A stretch of DNA of 64,000 nucleotides from IMG/VR virus record IMGVR_UViG_3300032268_000759, positions 64,001 to 128,000 of that record; one strand, 5' to 3'. The stretch comes from an uncultured virus (IMG/VR IMGVR_UViG_3300032268_000759) (Duplodnaviria; Heunggongvirae; Uroviricota; Caudoviricetes). This document shows positions 17,180-27,279 of the stretch, piece after piece. The notes under the pieces were generated by a model. It saw only the letters and a program-made list of their open reading frames with translations. It ran no database searches and had not been told where the DNA came from. Within the stretch, counting starts at the first letter, position 1; each line of letters starts with the position of its first letter. Both the position numbers and the translations under genes were made by a program.

Positions 17180-18859
17180 ATGAACAACATTCAATCTCTA
17201 TTAGAAGGTGCTAATCCTTGGAAAGCGTTACAAACAGACGCTACCCGATTAGCAAACAAATGGGCTAAAACTGGCCTATTAGAAGGTTTAAAAACCGAAA
17301 CTGACAAAAACAATATGTCAATGATGCTTGAAAATCAAGCAAAACAATTAGTAATGGAATCATCACAAACTGGTGCTGGTACCGCAGGTGCTGCATTTAC
17401 AGCAGGTGTTGGTGAGCAGTGGGCAGGTGTAGCATTACCATTAGTACGTAAGGTATTTGGTCAAATCGCTGCGAAAGAATTCGTTAGTGTTCAACCAATG
17501 AATTTACCTTCAGGTCTAGTGTTCTTCTTAGATTTCCAATATGGAACAACTAAATCTCCATTTAGAGCAGCTGCTGGTGCAGGTTTCTACGGAACTGAAT
17601 CTATGTATGGTAATACCAATCCAGGAGAAACAGCTAATCCTAATGGTGGTTTATATGGTGCTGGTCGTTTCTCGTATTCAATCAACAACACTTCATCATT
17701 CTCATCTGCTACTGTAGCAACAGCTTCATGGTCAGATTTTAACTTTGATTCTAACTACTCAGCTTCAGTAGTTGCGGGTACTGGTACTCCAAACTGGAAA
17801 AAAGTAACTATTACTTTACCATCAAACACAGATTTTAATGGTGTACGTGCATTTACAGTAGTTTCACAATCAGGTTTCCAAGCTGCTGATATTCAAGCTG
17901 CTTACACAACTACAACTGGTACTGTATTCAGTGGTACAACTGGAACTGTTACTTTCTTAGTAACTGGTTCATTAACTGGTCAAGTTGCTACATTAGCAAA
18001 TGTAACTGCTTCATTCCAATTACAACCAACTGATCAATTACGTGGTGATTTTGAAGATGGTAACACTAGCTTAAATGCTACTAACAACCCAATCACAATC
18101 CCTGAAGTAAATGTTAAAATGAAGTCAGAGCCAATTGTTGCTAAGACTCGTAAGTTAAAAGCTGTATGGACTCCTGAGTTTGCACAAGATTTGAACGCTT
18201 ACCATGCATTAGATGCTGAAGCTGAATTAACTTCAATTATGAGTGAGTACATCTCATTAGAGATTGACTTAGAAATCATGGATATGTTGATTGAAAATGC
18301 TTCTGCAGGTACTGAGTACTGGTCAGCAATTAACAACCAACAATTTGATGGTAGTACATTTGTACAACAATCATCTACAACTGGTGGTTTCTACAATACT
18401 CAAGGTGGTTGGTTCCAAACTTTAGGAACTAAATTCCAAAAGTTAAGTAACAAAATCCATCAAAAGACTTTACGCGGTGGCGCTAACTTCTTAGTATGTT
18501 CTCCATCTGTAGCTACAATATTGGAATCAATTCCAGGATTTGCTGCTACTTCAAATGGTGATGCTGCTAAAATGAACTATGCTTTTGGTGTACAGAAAAT
18601 GGGTAGCTTAAACACTCAATACGAAGTTTACAAGAATCCATATATGCTTGAAAGTACCATCTTGATGGGCTTCAAAGGTAAGCAATTCTTGGAAACAGGA
18701 GCGGTATTTGCTCCATACATTCCGTTAATCATGACTCCATTAGTATACGATCCAGATACATTTACTCCACGTAAAGGTCTATTAACTCGTTATGCTAAGA
18801 AAATGGTTCGTCCTGAATTCTACGGTAAAGTATACGTAAGTGGTTTAAGTAGCATCTAA
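17180..18859 (+). CDS. Major capsid protein (T4 gp23-like)
   Basis: VQPMNLPSGLVF, AKTRKLKAVWTPEFAQDLNAYH, YIPL, PRKGLLTRY. Confidence 0.96.
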   Translation: MNNIQSLLEGANPWKALQTDATRLANKWAKTGLLEGLKTETDKNNMSMMLENQAKQLVMESSQTGAGTAGAAFTAGVGEQWAGVALPLVRKVFGQIAAKEFVSVQPMNLPSGLVFFLDFQYGTTKSPFRAAAGAGFYGTESMYGNTNPGETANPNGGLYGAGRFSYSINNTSSFSSATVATASWSDFNFDSNYSASVVAGTGTPNWKKVTITLPSNTDFNGVRAFTVVSQSGFQAADIQAAYTTTTGTVFSGTTGTVTFLVTGSLTGQVATLANVTASFQLQPTDQLRGDFEDGNTSLNATNNPITIPEVNVKMKSEPIVAKTRKLKAVWTPEFAQDLNAYHALDAEAELTSIMSEYISLEIDLEIMDMLIENASAGTEYWSAINNQQFDGSTFVQQSSTTGGFYNTQGGWFQTLGTKFQKLSNKIHQKTLRGGANFLVCSPSVATILESIPGFAATSNGDAAKMNYAFGVQKMGSLNTQYEVYKNPYMLESTILMGFKGKQFLETGAVFAPYIPLIMTPLVYDPDTFTPRKGLLTRYAKKMVRPEFYGKVYVSGLSSI

Positions 18860-18880
18860 TATTAAATTAACCTAATATAG

Positions 18881-18914
18881 GAAGCCGAGCGAAAGCTCGG
18901 CTTTCTTTGTTTTT
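18881..18914 (+). terminator. Intrinsic terminator after major capsid gene
   Basis: AAGCCGAGC-GAAA-GCTCGGCTT followed by a T-tract. Confidence 0.9.
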
Positions 18915-18961
18915 ATTTATTCAATATTTTATTAATATTTATATCAAATAAATTGTTATAT

Positions 18962-19630
18962 ATGAAGGAACCAAATCGTGAAAGAAAAACTGACATTAAA
19001 GCAATCAATGCTGTTCAATTAAATGAAGAGCAAAAGGAAGCTAAACGTTTAATAGTTGAAAATCAAATTGTTATAGTAACAGGTAGAGCAGGTTCAGGTA
19101 AAAGTTTAGTATGTGCTCAAGCTGCTTTAGATTTCTTAAAGAAAAAACAAATTCAATGTATTTACAATACTCGAGCTGCTATTGAAGTAGGTAAAAGTTT
19201 AGGTTTTCTACCTGGAGCATTAAATGAAAAGTTTGATCCATATATGGAAGCCCTAATTGAAAATTTAAATAAATGTTGTAAAGATAAAGCTGAAGTAGAT
19301 AAACTAATTCAGGATGAAAAAATCAAAGCAATGCCTGTTCAGTTTATTCGTGGTAAAACAGTAGATGATATTTTAATTGTTGAAGAAGCACAAAATCTTA
19401 CTAAAGCAGAAATGTTAGCTATATTAACTCGTTTAGGTAAAACTGGTAAAATTGTTATCAATGGTGATAATGAGCAAACAGATATTAAAACACCTACAGG
19501 TGAAGTAAACGGTTTAACTTACGCTATTGAATTATCAAAGAAGGTTGATGAAGTTAAATGGATTAAATTAAAAGAAAATCACCGTTCTGATTTAGTTGGT
19601 AAAATACTTGACTATGAATATGGAAAATAA
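18962..19630 (+). CDS. phoH: PhoH-like ATPase
   Basis: GRAGSGKS, LGFLPG, FIRGKT, EEAQN, LTRLG, GD..QTD, HRS. Confidence 0.92.
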   Translation: MKEPNRERKTDIKAINAVQLNEEQKEAKRLIVENQIVIVTGRAGSGKSLVCAQAALDFLKKKQIQCIYNTRAAIEVGKSLGFLPGALNEKFDPYMEALIENLNKCCKDKAEVDKLIQDEKIKAMPVQFIRGKTVDDILIVEEAQNLTKAEMLAILTRLGKTGKIVINGDNEQTDIKTPTGEVNGLTYAIELSKKVDEVKWIKLKENHRSDLVGKILDYEYGK

Positions 19631-19658
19631 ATTTACTAAATATTTATAATAAAATACA

Positions 19659-20102
19659 ATGGCTGACTTAACAATATATTTGAATGAAAAAATTACTTTA
19701 GATGGTAATGATAGAGGAGTATTAACTACACAAACAATTTCTGGAATTAACAATATTGATAATAGAATATTAAGTATTCCTACAGGTTCATATACTGGAT
19801 TATTTAAATTTGATCCTAGTAATATTGATGCAGGTGTATTTTTAACAAGTAGTTTTAAATACGGAAGAATAACTAATAAATCATCAATACCAGTACAATT
19901 ACTAGTAAACACAATGAGTGGTTCAATTTCATCATCTATCTCATTTATAGTAAATTCAAGTAGTTCATTTTTATTATCAACTACAGCAGTTACTGGTTCA
20001 AATCCAGGAAATGTTTTTGTATTTAATCAATATATAAATTTAATATCAGTTTTACCTTCAAGTTCATCTGCTGTTGTTGAATATTTTATAGCAACTACTT
20101 AA
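19659..20102 (+). CDS. Putative virion structural protein
   Basis: Ser/Thr-rich beta protein after a late motif. Confidence 0.55.
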   Translation: MADLTIYLNEKITLDGNDRGVLTTQTISGINNIDNRILSIPTGSYTGLFKFDPSNIDAGVFLTSSFKYGRITNKSSIPVQLLVNTMSGSISSSISFIVNSSSSFLLSTTAVTGSNPGNVFVFNQYINLISVLPSSSSAVVEYFIATT

Positions 20103-20114
20103 TAATAATAAATT

Positions 20115-21266
20115 ATGGCAAATATCCCTATATGGCCTGGTACATCATCATTTTCTCCTGGAGATACTCCATTTGGATTTTATGACTATGATGTTTCATT
20201 CCAACAAGAAGCAGATAAAGTAGCTAAGTTTTGTGCTCAACGTTTAGGATATCCTATAATGGAAGTTGAGTTACAAGATATACATTTTTATACAGCATTT
20301 GAAGAAGCAATTACTACCTATGGTAATGAATTATACGCTTTTAAAATTAGACAAGACTATTTATCATTTGAAGGAGCATCGTCAGTAATAAATGTAAATA
20401 ATGCTATAGTAACTCCATCATTTGCTGCTATAATTAGATTATCAGAACAATATGGTGAAGAAGCTGGAACAGGAGGTAATATAGATTGGAATGAAGGCTT
20501 AATACCTCTATCAGCTAGTGTTCAAGATTATGATTTAGGAAAATGGGCTATAGAAAATAACATAACTGGAGGTATTGAAATTAAAAGAGTATTTTATGAA
20601 GCAGTTCCTGCAGTTGTAAGATTTTTTGATCCATATGCTGGTACAGGTATGGGTATGCAACAATTATTAGATAACTTTGGATGGGGTAATTACTCACCTG
20701 CTATTAACTTTTTAATGATGCCTATTAATTATGATCTACAAAAACTTCAAGCAATTGAATTTAATGATCAAATTAGAAAATCTCAATTTAGCTTTGAAAT
20801 TATAAATAATAAATTAAAAATATTTCCTATACCAACACATACAGATAAAAATTTAGTATTTCAGTATGTTATTAAAGAAGATAGATTAAATAATGGTATA
20901 GCTCCAAACACAAGTGGAAATCAGATTTCAAATGTTTCTAATGTTCCATTTACTAACCCAGTATATTCAACAATAAATTCAGTTGGTAAACAATGGATAT
21001 ATGAATATGTTTTAGCAATAAGTAAAGAAATGTTAGGATTAATTAGAGGAAAGTATCAAACTGTACCTATTCCTAATTCTGAAGCTACTTTAAATCATGG
21101 TGATTTATTAACGGATGCTAGAACAGAAAAATTAGCATTAATACAGAGATTAAGAGAATATTTTGATGATACTTCAAGAAATAAATTATTAGAAGCAAGA
21201 TCTCAAGAAGCAGATTATAAACAAAAAGAAATGCAACAAGTACCTTTACCAATTTATATATACTAA
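20115..21266 (+). CDS. Neck/head-completion protein (T4 gp13-like)
   Basis: RLGYPIMEVEL, WIYEY.LA..KEMLG..RGKY; position after capsid. Confidence 0.75.
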   Translation: MANIPIWPGTSSFSPGDTPFGFYDYDVSFQQEADKVAKFCAQRLGYPIMEVELQDIHFYTAFEEAITTYGNELYAFKIRQDYLSFEGASSVINVNNAIVTPSFAAIIRLSEQYGEEAGTGGNIDWNEGLIPLSASVQDYDLGKWAIENNITGGIEIKRVFYEAVPAVVRFFDPYAGTGMGMQQLLDNFGWGNYSPAINFLMMPINYDLQKLQAIEFNDQIRKSQFSFEIINNKLKIFPIPTHTDKNLVFQYVIKEDRLNNGIAPNTSGNQISNVSNVPFTNPVYSTINSVGKQWIYEYVLAISKEMLGLIRGKYQTVPIPNSEATLNHGDLLTDARTEKLALIQRLREYFDDTSRNKLLEARSQEADYKQKEMQQVPLPIYIY

Positions 21267-21775
21267 TGGCAATATTTGGTTCATCAAGAGATATGTCTGT
21301 ATTTAGACATATAAATAGAGAGTTGCTAGGAGATATTATCAATCAGCAAGTTTCTTTTTATAAGTATAAATTAGGTGAAACAATAGTTAATTTGTATGGG
21401 GAAGCCTCTGGTGAAAAGTACTATAATGGTCCTACATTATTTAATTGTTTAATAGATCGTCTTGACCAACAATATGTTGATGCTCCTTATGGTGTGGATT
21501 TAAATTGGCAAATACAAGTTGCATTTTTAAAAGATGATTTAGTTGATGCTAATCTAATCCCAGAAGTAGGTGATATAATACTGTATAACGAAAGTTATTA
21601 TGAAATCAACAATATTATCATGAATCAGTTTTTTGTTGGTAAAGATCCAGATTATCCAAATGAAATTAATCCACTAAATCCAGGACTAAGTAATTTTGGT
21701 TATGATGTATCAACAATAGTAAAAGCTCATTTAGTACCAGGTGATAAAGTTGGTATAACTAAAGAAAGAATGTAA
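21266..21775 (+). CDS. Neck/head-closure protein (T4 gp14-like)
   Basis: NLYGEA, PEVGDII...YYEI; synteny. Confidence 0.6.
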   Translation: MAIFGSSRDMSVFRHINRELLGDIINQQVSFYKYKLGETIVNLYGEASGEKYYNGPTLFNCLIDRLDQQYVDAPYGVDLNWQIQVAFLKDDLVDANLIPEVGDIILYNESYYEINNIIMNQFFVGKDPDYPNEINPLNPGLSNFGYDVSTIVKAHLVPGDKVGITKERM

Positions 21776-23085
21776 TGGCAAACGGAAGAAAACCTATACC
21801 TAAATCTCAAAGAAAGATCTCAGAAGATCTTCAAACCCCACTTTCAGAAGGGGGTGCCGGGTTCCAGCCTATAGGAAATCCTAATGATAATAACATATTA
21901 AATAATCCGAATGAACAGGCTACCGGTCTCGAACATAATCGTGCGTTAAAGTACAGTTTCTCAGGTGATACCATCAAACCATTTACTGTAGGTATTGAAG
22001 ATATTGATAATGCTGTGTTTTTCTATTTTCAAAATGTTATTCAACCCTACGTAGTACAAAATAGTCAAAGAATAGAAGTTCCAGTAATATATGGTTCACC
22101 AGAAAGATGGAAATCAGTTCAAAAAGATGGCTATTATAGAGATAAATTAAATAAAGTAATGTTACCTCTTATAATGATTAAGAGAAATGATATTACTAAA
22201 AATAGAAGTATAGGAAATAAATTAGATGCTAACCAACCTAATTTATATGTTAGTTTTAAAAAACAGTATTCATCAAGAAATTTCTATGGTAATTTTGCTG
22301 TATTAAACAATCGTATACCTGAAACTGAATATTATGCTAATGTAGTTCCAGATTATGTTACTGTAACATATGAATGTATGGTAATGACTTACTATATGGA
22401 TCAAATGAATAAAATTGTAGAAGCAATTAATTATGCATCTGATTCATATTGGGGTGATCCAAGCCGTTTTAAATTTAAAGCAGCTATTGATTCAATCAAT
22501 ACTGTAACAGAATTATCAACAGATCAAGATCGTGTTGTTAGAAGTACATTTCAAATAAAATTAAATGGATATATAATACCTGATGTTGTTCAAAAAGATG
22601 CTAGTGCATTAAAAAAATTACCATCTTTATCTAAAGTAACATTCACTATGGAAACAGATTCGTCAGCTGAAACATTTGGTATTTCTACTAAAGTACAACC
22701 AATGAAGAAAATTGCTGCTACATTCTTTGATAATGTAACTGTAGTAAATAATGGTAGTAGTGGAGGTGGAACATCTCAAGAAGTATTAGATTACTTAGCA
22801 TTAAATAATGTTGAAATAGGAAATTCATCAACAATAACAAATAATGGAACTATTTCAACAGTGACTTTCTTAAATTCATCTATAGAAGCATCACCAGGCT
22901 CATTACCATCAACAACATTATCACAGTTTTCATTTTATATAAATGGACAATATGTAGAACATAGTGCTATATCTTCATTTGTAAACTCAGGTAGTAATAC
23001 AATTTTAACATTAAATAATGCTTCTTTAGGATTTGGATTAGATACAACAATGGAAGTAGTAGCTTCAGGTAAATTTAGTAATTAA
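21775..23085 (+). CDS. Tail completion/sheath terminator (T4 gp15-like) with C-terminal extension
   Basis: VPVIYGSPERW, LPLIMIKR, VPDYVTVTYE...QMNKIVEAI; synteny. Confidence 0.65.
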   Translation: MANGRKPIPKSQRKISEDLQTPLSEGGAGFQPIGNPNDNNILNNPNEQATGLEHNRALKYSFSGDTIKPFTVGIEDIDNAVFFYFQNVIQPYVVQNSQRIEVPVIYGSPERWKSVQKDGYYRDKLNKVMLPLIMIKRNDITKNRSIGNKLDANQPNLYVSFKKQYSSRNFYGNFAVLNNRIPETEYYANVVPDYVTVTYECMVMTYYMDQMNKIVEAINYASDSYWGDPSRFKFKAAIDSINTVTELSTDQDRVVRSTFQIKLNGYIIPDVVQKDASALKKLPSLSKVTFTMETDSSAETFGISTKVQPMKKIAATFFDNVTVVNNGSSGGGTSQEVLDYLALNNVEIGNSSTITNNGTISTVTFLNSSIEASPGSLPSTTLSQFSFYINGQYVEHSAISSFVNSGSNTILTLNNASLGFGLDTTMEVVASGKFSN

Positions 23086-23468
23086 TGGCATTAATAAATA
23101 GTAATCAAATATTATACCCATTATCAGGTTCATTTAGTGGTTCATTTAATGGAGATGGTAGTGGCTTAACTAATCTATCAGTTAGTGGTAATAGAATATC
23201 ATCAGGTAGTGTTAGTGCTAGTGTTAGTCCTATTGGTGATTTATTTTTAGTTAAATCAGCTAGTGCTGAATTTTTAAAAGTTACATCTACCACCACTACA
23301 ATTACTAATAATATATTCTTAATTAAGAATAGCGCAAATCAAACTGTATTTACTGTGAGTGAAAGTATAGTATATTTAGCCACACAATCTGCATTTTTAA
23401 CTGGTTCAGCTGTAGTAGGTGGGATATATTTTACTTCATCTTCATTTTATGTAAGTCTAGAAAATTAA
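23085..23468 (+). CDS. Small virion fibre-like protein
   Basis: SGSFSGSFNGDGSGLTNL fibre motif. Confidence 0.55.
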   Translation: MALINSNQILYPLSGSFSGSFNGDGSGLTNLSVSGNRISSGSVSASVSPIGDLFLVKSASAEFLKVTSTTTTITNNIFLIKNSANQTVFTVSESIVYLATQSAFLTGSAVVGGIYFTSSSFYVSLEN

Positions 23469-23499
23469 ATATTTATAATAAACAATAAAATAATATACA

Positions 23500-25542
23500 A
23501 TGGCAGAATGGAAAAAAGTCGTAGTCTCAGGATCTGTAGCAGAGTTACAAAATCATTTTAATGGTGAACCAACAGTAAATCCATGGTCATCAGGACTTGA
23601 TGGTAGTTACTTTAGTACATTTTCACCTACTACATATACTTCAGATGTATTAAGATTTATAGCTGGATTATTAAGTTCATCAGCTCCTGCTCCAACACCT
23701 AATACAAGAACATTCGCTAGTATTAGTGAAACTATTACAAATAGTGGCACTGGAACTGCTCCAGCTGGTTATATACCTCAAAATCATACTGATACTGATG
23801 TAACTTATTTAATTAATCAAGGATTTGCATCAACTGGTAGTCCATTATTTTCTGGAAAAACTATATATAATAATTCAAGTTATAATATTGTTTATAGTAG
23901 TGTTGCTGGTGGATCTACAACAGTATCTTCATCTGCAGATGCTCAATTATTTGGATTAGGAACTTTATCTAGTGTTCCTTTCCGTGTATCTGGAGCCATC
24001 AATTGGTTTTACTCAGATAATAATAGTGAAACATCAACAGCCACATCTCAATCACAAAATTTATTAACATTAGCTGTAACTGGCTCTTCAGGTGGATTAA
24101 CATTAGGTAAAATAAATACAGCTAATCCATTAGTTATACCTCCAGCTTTCCAAGATGGTAAATTTGCTAGTGTATTTAGCTCAGGTTTATTTAATAATGG
24201 AAGATCATTTACTAGTGTAAGTTCATCAGGTTGGTATCATGTATCAGCATCTATTAAAATAAATAGTGGTTCATCAGCTTATACAACAGATAGTACAATT
24301 TCAGAAAGAATATTTTGGGCACCAACAACTACTATTGATAGTAATATAGGTAGTAACTCATTATCATATACAGGTGGTGTAACTGCTTCATTAACAGCAA
24401 CATCTCGCTCATTAAGTGGTGCTCCATATTTACAAACTGCTACTTGGTCTCAAACATCAACAGCAAGTGGATTTTTTGCTCCATTATATGCTTCAAGTAC
24501 AACAATATCTGACCTAAACACAGCTAATTCTTTAGTAACATTAGGTGGTATAACAGCAGCATCAACAAATGGTGGTACAGTACAAACTGCAAATGCAATA
24601 TTTGACTCAACAGGAGTAACAGCTAGAGCAACAACTACTGTACCTTTTATTAATGATATAGTTAAACTAAGTGGTAGTGTATCCTTTGATGCTGGCTCAG
24701 GTGGATCTACAAATATACAACAGGTTAGTTCTTTATCTACATCTACATTTACAGTATTAACAAGAGGTAGAGACAGAAATAGTTCTCAATCTACATTAAA
24801 TACTCAAACATATCTATTCCACTCAGCAAGTACATTCGGACAACCATTACTTTCAGGCTCATTAGGTTATTATGGTAGAGCACAAGCCTATGATGCTGGA
24901 ACATTAACAGGAGGTTCAGAAACATTTGTTGGTGAAAACTTTAGATTAAAAATTAATAATGACTCATTATCAGGTTCATATACATCAGGTACTAAATGGA
25001 CTACAGGTTCATATGATGCCTATAGTTTAGGAGCTTTAGATTTACAGGTTAAACCTGGGTATTTAGCAAGACCAGGTGGTTCATATGGATATTGGTTAGC
25101 TGACCCTGATAGTGGTAAAACATACAAATATTATGCTAGAGCATTTAAACGTGATTTAGGAACAGCAGCTACTTCAATGACTATAAATGTTGGTAAAACA
25201 TTAGTTGCTTGGGATTCAGTTTCATCTGGCACATCAGTAGCTTTAATATTTGCTAGTTCAGGTGTTAATTTATATGCTACTCCTAGAATTTATGATCCTT
25301 CAGCTACTACATCTAACTTAATATCAGCTAGTATCACTAATGATGATTTTAAAAATCCTTTTACAAGAAATACAGCTTTATATGGTAATACAGGTGGTAG
25401 TGTAGCTTCAACAACATATACTGTTCCTTTAAGAGCAGCAGATGGTATGACATTAGATACTACATATAGAGATTTAATAGTATTAGTAAGATATAGTGGA
25501 GACCAAATTCCAGTAACAAGCATATCAGTAACATATTCATAA
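23500..25542 (+). CDS. Ser/Thr/Gly-rich virion structural protein
   Basis: 680 aa; MAEWKKVVVSGS N-terminus shared with 27280. Confidence 0.65.
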   Translation: MAEWKKVVVSGSVAELQNHFNGEPTVNPWSSGLDGSYFSTFSPTTYTSDVLRFIAGLLSSSAPAPTPNTRTFASISETITNSGTGTAPAGYIPQNHTDTDVTYLINQGFASTGSPLFSGKTIYNNSSYNIVYSSVAGGSTTVSSSADAQLFGLGTLSSVPFRVSGAINWFYSDNNSETSTATSQSQNLLTLAVTGSSGGLTLGKINTANPLVIPPAFQDGKFASVFSSGLFNNGRSFTSVSSSGWYHVSASIKINSGSSAYTTDSTISERIFWAPTTTIDSNIGSNSLSYTGGVTASLTATSRSLSGAPYLQTATWSQTSTASGFFAPLYASSTTISDLNTANSLVTLGGITAASTNGGTVQTANAIFDSTGVTARATTTVPFINDIVKLSGSVSFDAGSGGSTNIQQVSSLSTSTFTVLTRGRDRNSSQSTLNTQTYLFHSASTFGQPLLSGSLGYYGRAQAYDAGTLTGGSETFVGENFRLKINNDSLSGSYTSGTKWTTGSYDAYSLGALDLQVKPGYLARPGGSYGYWLADPDSGKTYKYYARAFKRDLGTAATSMTINVGKTLVAWDSVSSGTSVALIFASSGVNLYATPRIYDPSATTSNLISASITNDDFKNPFTRNTALYGNTGGSVASTTYTVPLRAADGMTLDTTYRDLIVLVRYSGDQIPVTSISVTYS

Positions 25543-25556
25543 TATAGTATAACAAC

Positions 25557-26714
25557 ATGGCAATTGATAAAACAATAAAATCTAATAGGTTACTACAGAG
25601 TAGAAGATATACTCAAGCTGCTTTAACAGATGCTCAAGAGGCATTTACCAGTGTATTAGATATAAATTCTAAAGAAATATATGCTCAGGTTAATTTATTG
25701 CCTACTGCTAGTTTACCGTTTTCTGGTTCAAGTCAAAGTGGAAGTATATATGCTACTGGAGGACAAAACTTATTAAAATATTGGTATCAACATACATTAA
25801 CACCTTCAAATGTTGTTAGTGCTTCATTAGTTGATGCTTGGTTTTTTATTGATCCTTCTGGTTCATCTATTACACCTCAAATTATTCAATCAGGCCAACA
25901 AACAAATTTTATATCAAATAAATATGCTGACCCATCATTAACAAATGCTGATGCTCAAGATAATCCTCCAGGTTATAATGTTGTTGTATTGGTTGATAAT
26001 GTTAAACAAAACTCAGCAAATTATCAATTTGATTATAAAGATGGTGTTTTACAATTTAATGCTTCAGCTCCAACCCCATCACAAGTAGTTAAAGTTACTG
26101 CTTATCAATATATTGGCCAAACATTAGATACAGTTTTATCTAATTTTAGTGCTTCTATTGCTAATATTAGTGGGTCAGGTGGTAGTAGTTTAAGTGGCAA
26201 TATGATAGCTACTGGTTCAATAACAGCATCAGTTTCACTTAACTCTCCAATTGCTTTTAATATAACAAGTGCTTCAATATCATTACTAAGTATAAGCACA
26301 GCTAGTATGGTAACAGTTACTGATTTAACTGTTAGTAATAATTTAATAGTAGCAGGTACAGCTTCATTTACAAATGTTGATAACTTAACTGTTAAAGATA
26401 AGTTTATTTTAATAAACAGTGGCTCTTCAGTATTAGCAGATTCAGGTTTAATCACTCAATATAATGCTGCTGGCTCAGGTTCAGCATTTTATTTAGAAGC
26501 AGGAACAGCAGGTGATACAGGAACATATGGTCGTTTTGCTGTAGCATATGATGTTATAGGAACTGCTCAAGCATTAACAGTAGATGAATTTGTAGTAACA
26601 GCTAAAAAAGCATCAGGTGTACCTCCAGCAACTCCAACATGGGGTGGTACTACTAATGGATTTGGTAATATGTATGTCAATAGTGACAATGGTGAAATTT
26701 ACATTTATTCTTAA
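25557..26714 (+). CDS. Virion fibre-like structural protein
   Basis: NLTVKDKFILINSGS fibre motif; composition. Confidence 0.6.
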   Translation: MAIDKTIKSNRLLQSRRYTQAALTDAQEAFTSVLDINSKEIYAQVNLLPTASLPFSGSSQSGSIYATGGQNLLKYWYQHTLTPSNVVSASLVDAWFFIDPSGSSITPQIIQSGQQTNFISNKYADPSLTNADAQDNPPGYNVVVLVDNVKQNSANYQFDYKDGVLQFNASAPTPSQVVKVTAYQYIGQTLDTVLSNFSASIANISGSGGSSLSGNMIATGSITASVSLNSPIAFNITSASISLLSISTASMVTVTDLTVSNNLIVAGTASFTNVDNLTVKDKFILINSGSSVLADSGLITQYNAAGSGSAFYLEAGTAGDTGTYGRFAVAYDVIGTAQALTVDEFVVTAKKASGVPPATPTWGGTTNGFGNMYVNSDNGEIYIYS

Positions 26715-26733
26715 AAAAATATATAATATAGTT

Positions 26734-26949
26734 ATGGCATTTACAGCAAACAATGTACAAACATTAAATAATAGTGTACAAACATCAAACATTGATACAA
26801 CTCCTCTACTTCCAATGCAATTAAATGCGAAGGAATTAGAGGTTTTACTTTCTTTAATAAAAGCTTCAACATTCCTTGGAGAAGACGTAGAAGCTATTTA
26901 TAATATGGTTATTAAATTACAAAACCAATATTTAGAACAAACCAAATAA
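26734..26949 (+). CDS. Small helical protein (possible fibre chaperone)
   Basis: Start moved to ATG 26734; similar to the next ORF (LNxxELxxLxxxL...GxD...L.IKL). Confidence 0.55.
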   Translation: MAFTANNVQTLNNSVQTSNIDTTPLLPMQLNAKELEVLLSLIKASTFLGEDVEAIYNMVIKLQNQYLEQTK

Positions 26950-26956
26950 TTAAGTT

Positions 26957-27178
26957 ATGGACATATTTTCAATAGATTTTAATCTGAATGAATTAAATTT
27001 CATTCGTCAATCCCTTGAGACAGTAACAATCCAAGGTAAAGATGCTAAATTTTTAGCTAGTCTTCAAATAAAACTAGAGCATGAATTATCAGAAATTCAG
27101 CGTTTAAAACAAGAAGAAGAACAGAAAAAAATGTTAGCATTATCTGAAACAATATCAAAGGCTACATCTAAGAAATAA
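26957..27178 (+). CDS. Small helical protein (possible fibre chaperone)
   Basis: 73-aa ORF, paralog-like to 26734. Confidence 0.55.
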   Translation: MDIFSIDFNLNELNFIRQSLETVTIQGKDAKFLASLQIKLEHELSEIQRLKQEEEQKKMLALSETISKATSKK

Positions 27179-27196
27179 TATCTATATATTTATTGT

Positions 27197-27264
27197 AGAC
27201 CATTGGCCCTTATAAGGGAAGTAGGCTCACGCACGGCATAAGTGTATGTATCTAACCATGGTTT
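27197..27264 (+). ncRNA. Candidate structured 5' leader (three-way junction) of fibre gene
   Basis: AGACCA/TGGTTT plus TGG/CCA outer stem, CCCT-TATA-AGGG hairpin, TAGG/TCTA and GCAC/GTGT stems. Confidence 0.5.
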
Positions 27265-27279
27265 AATCATAAAAATAGT

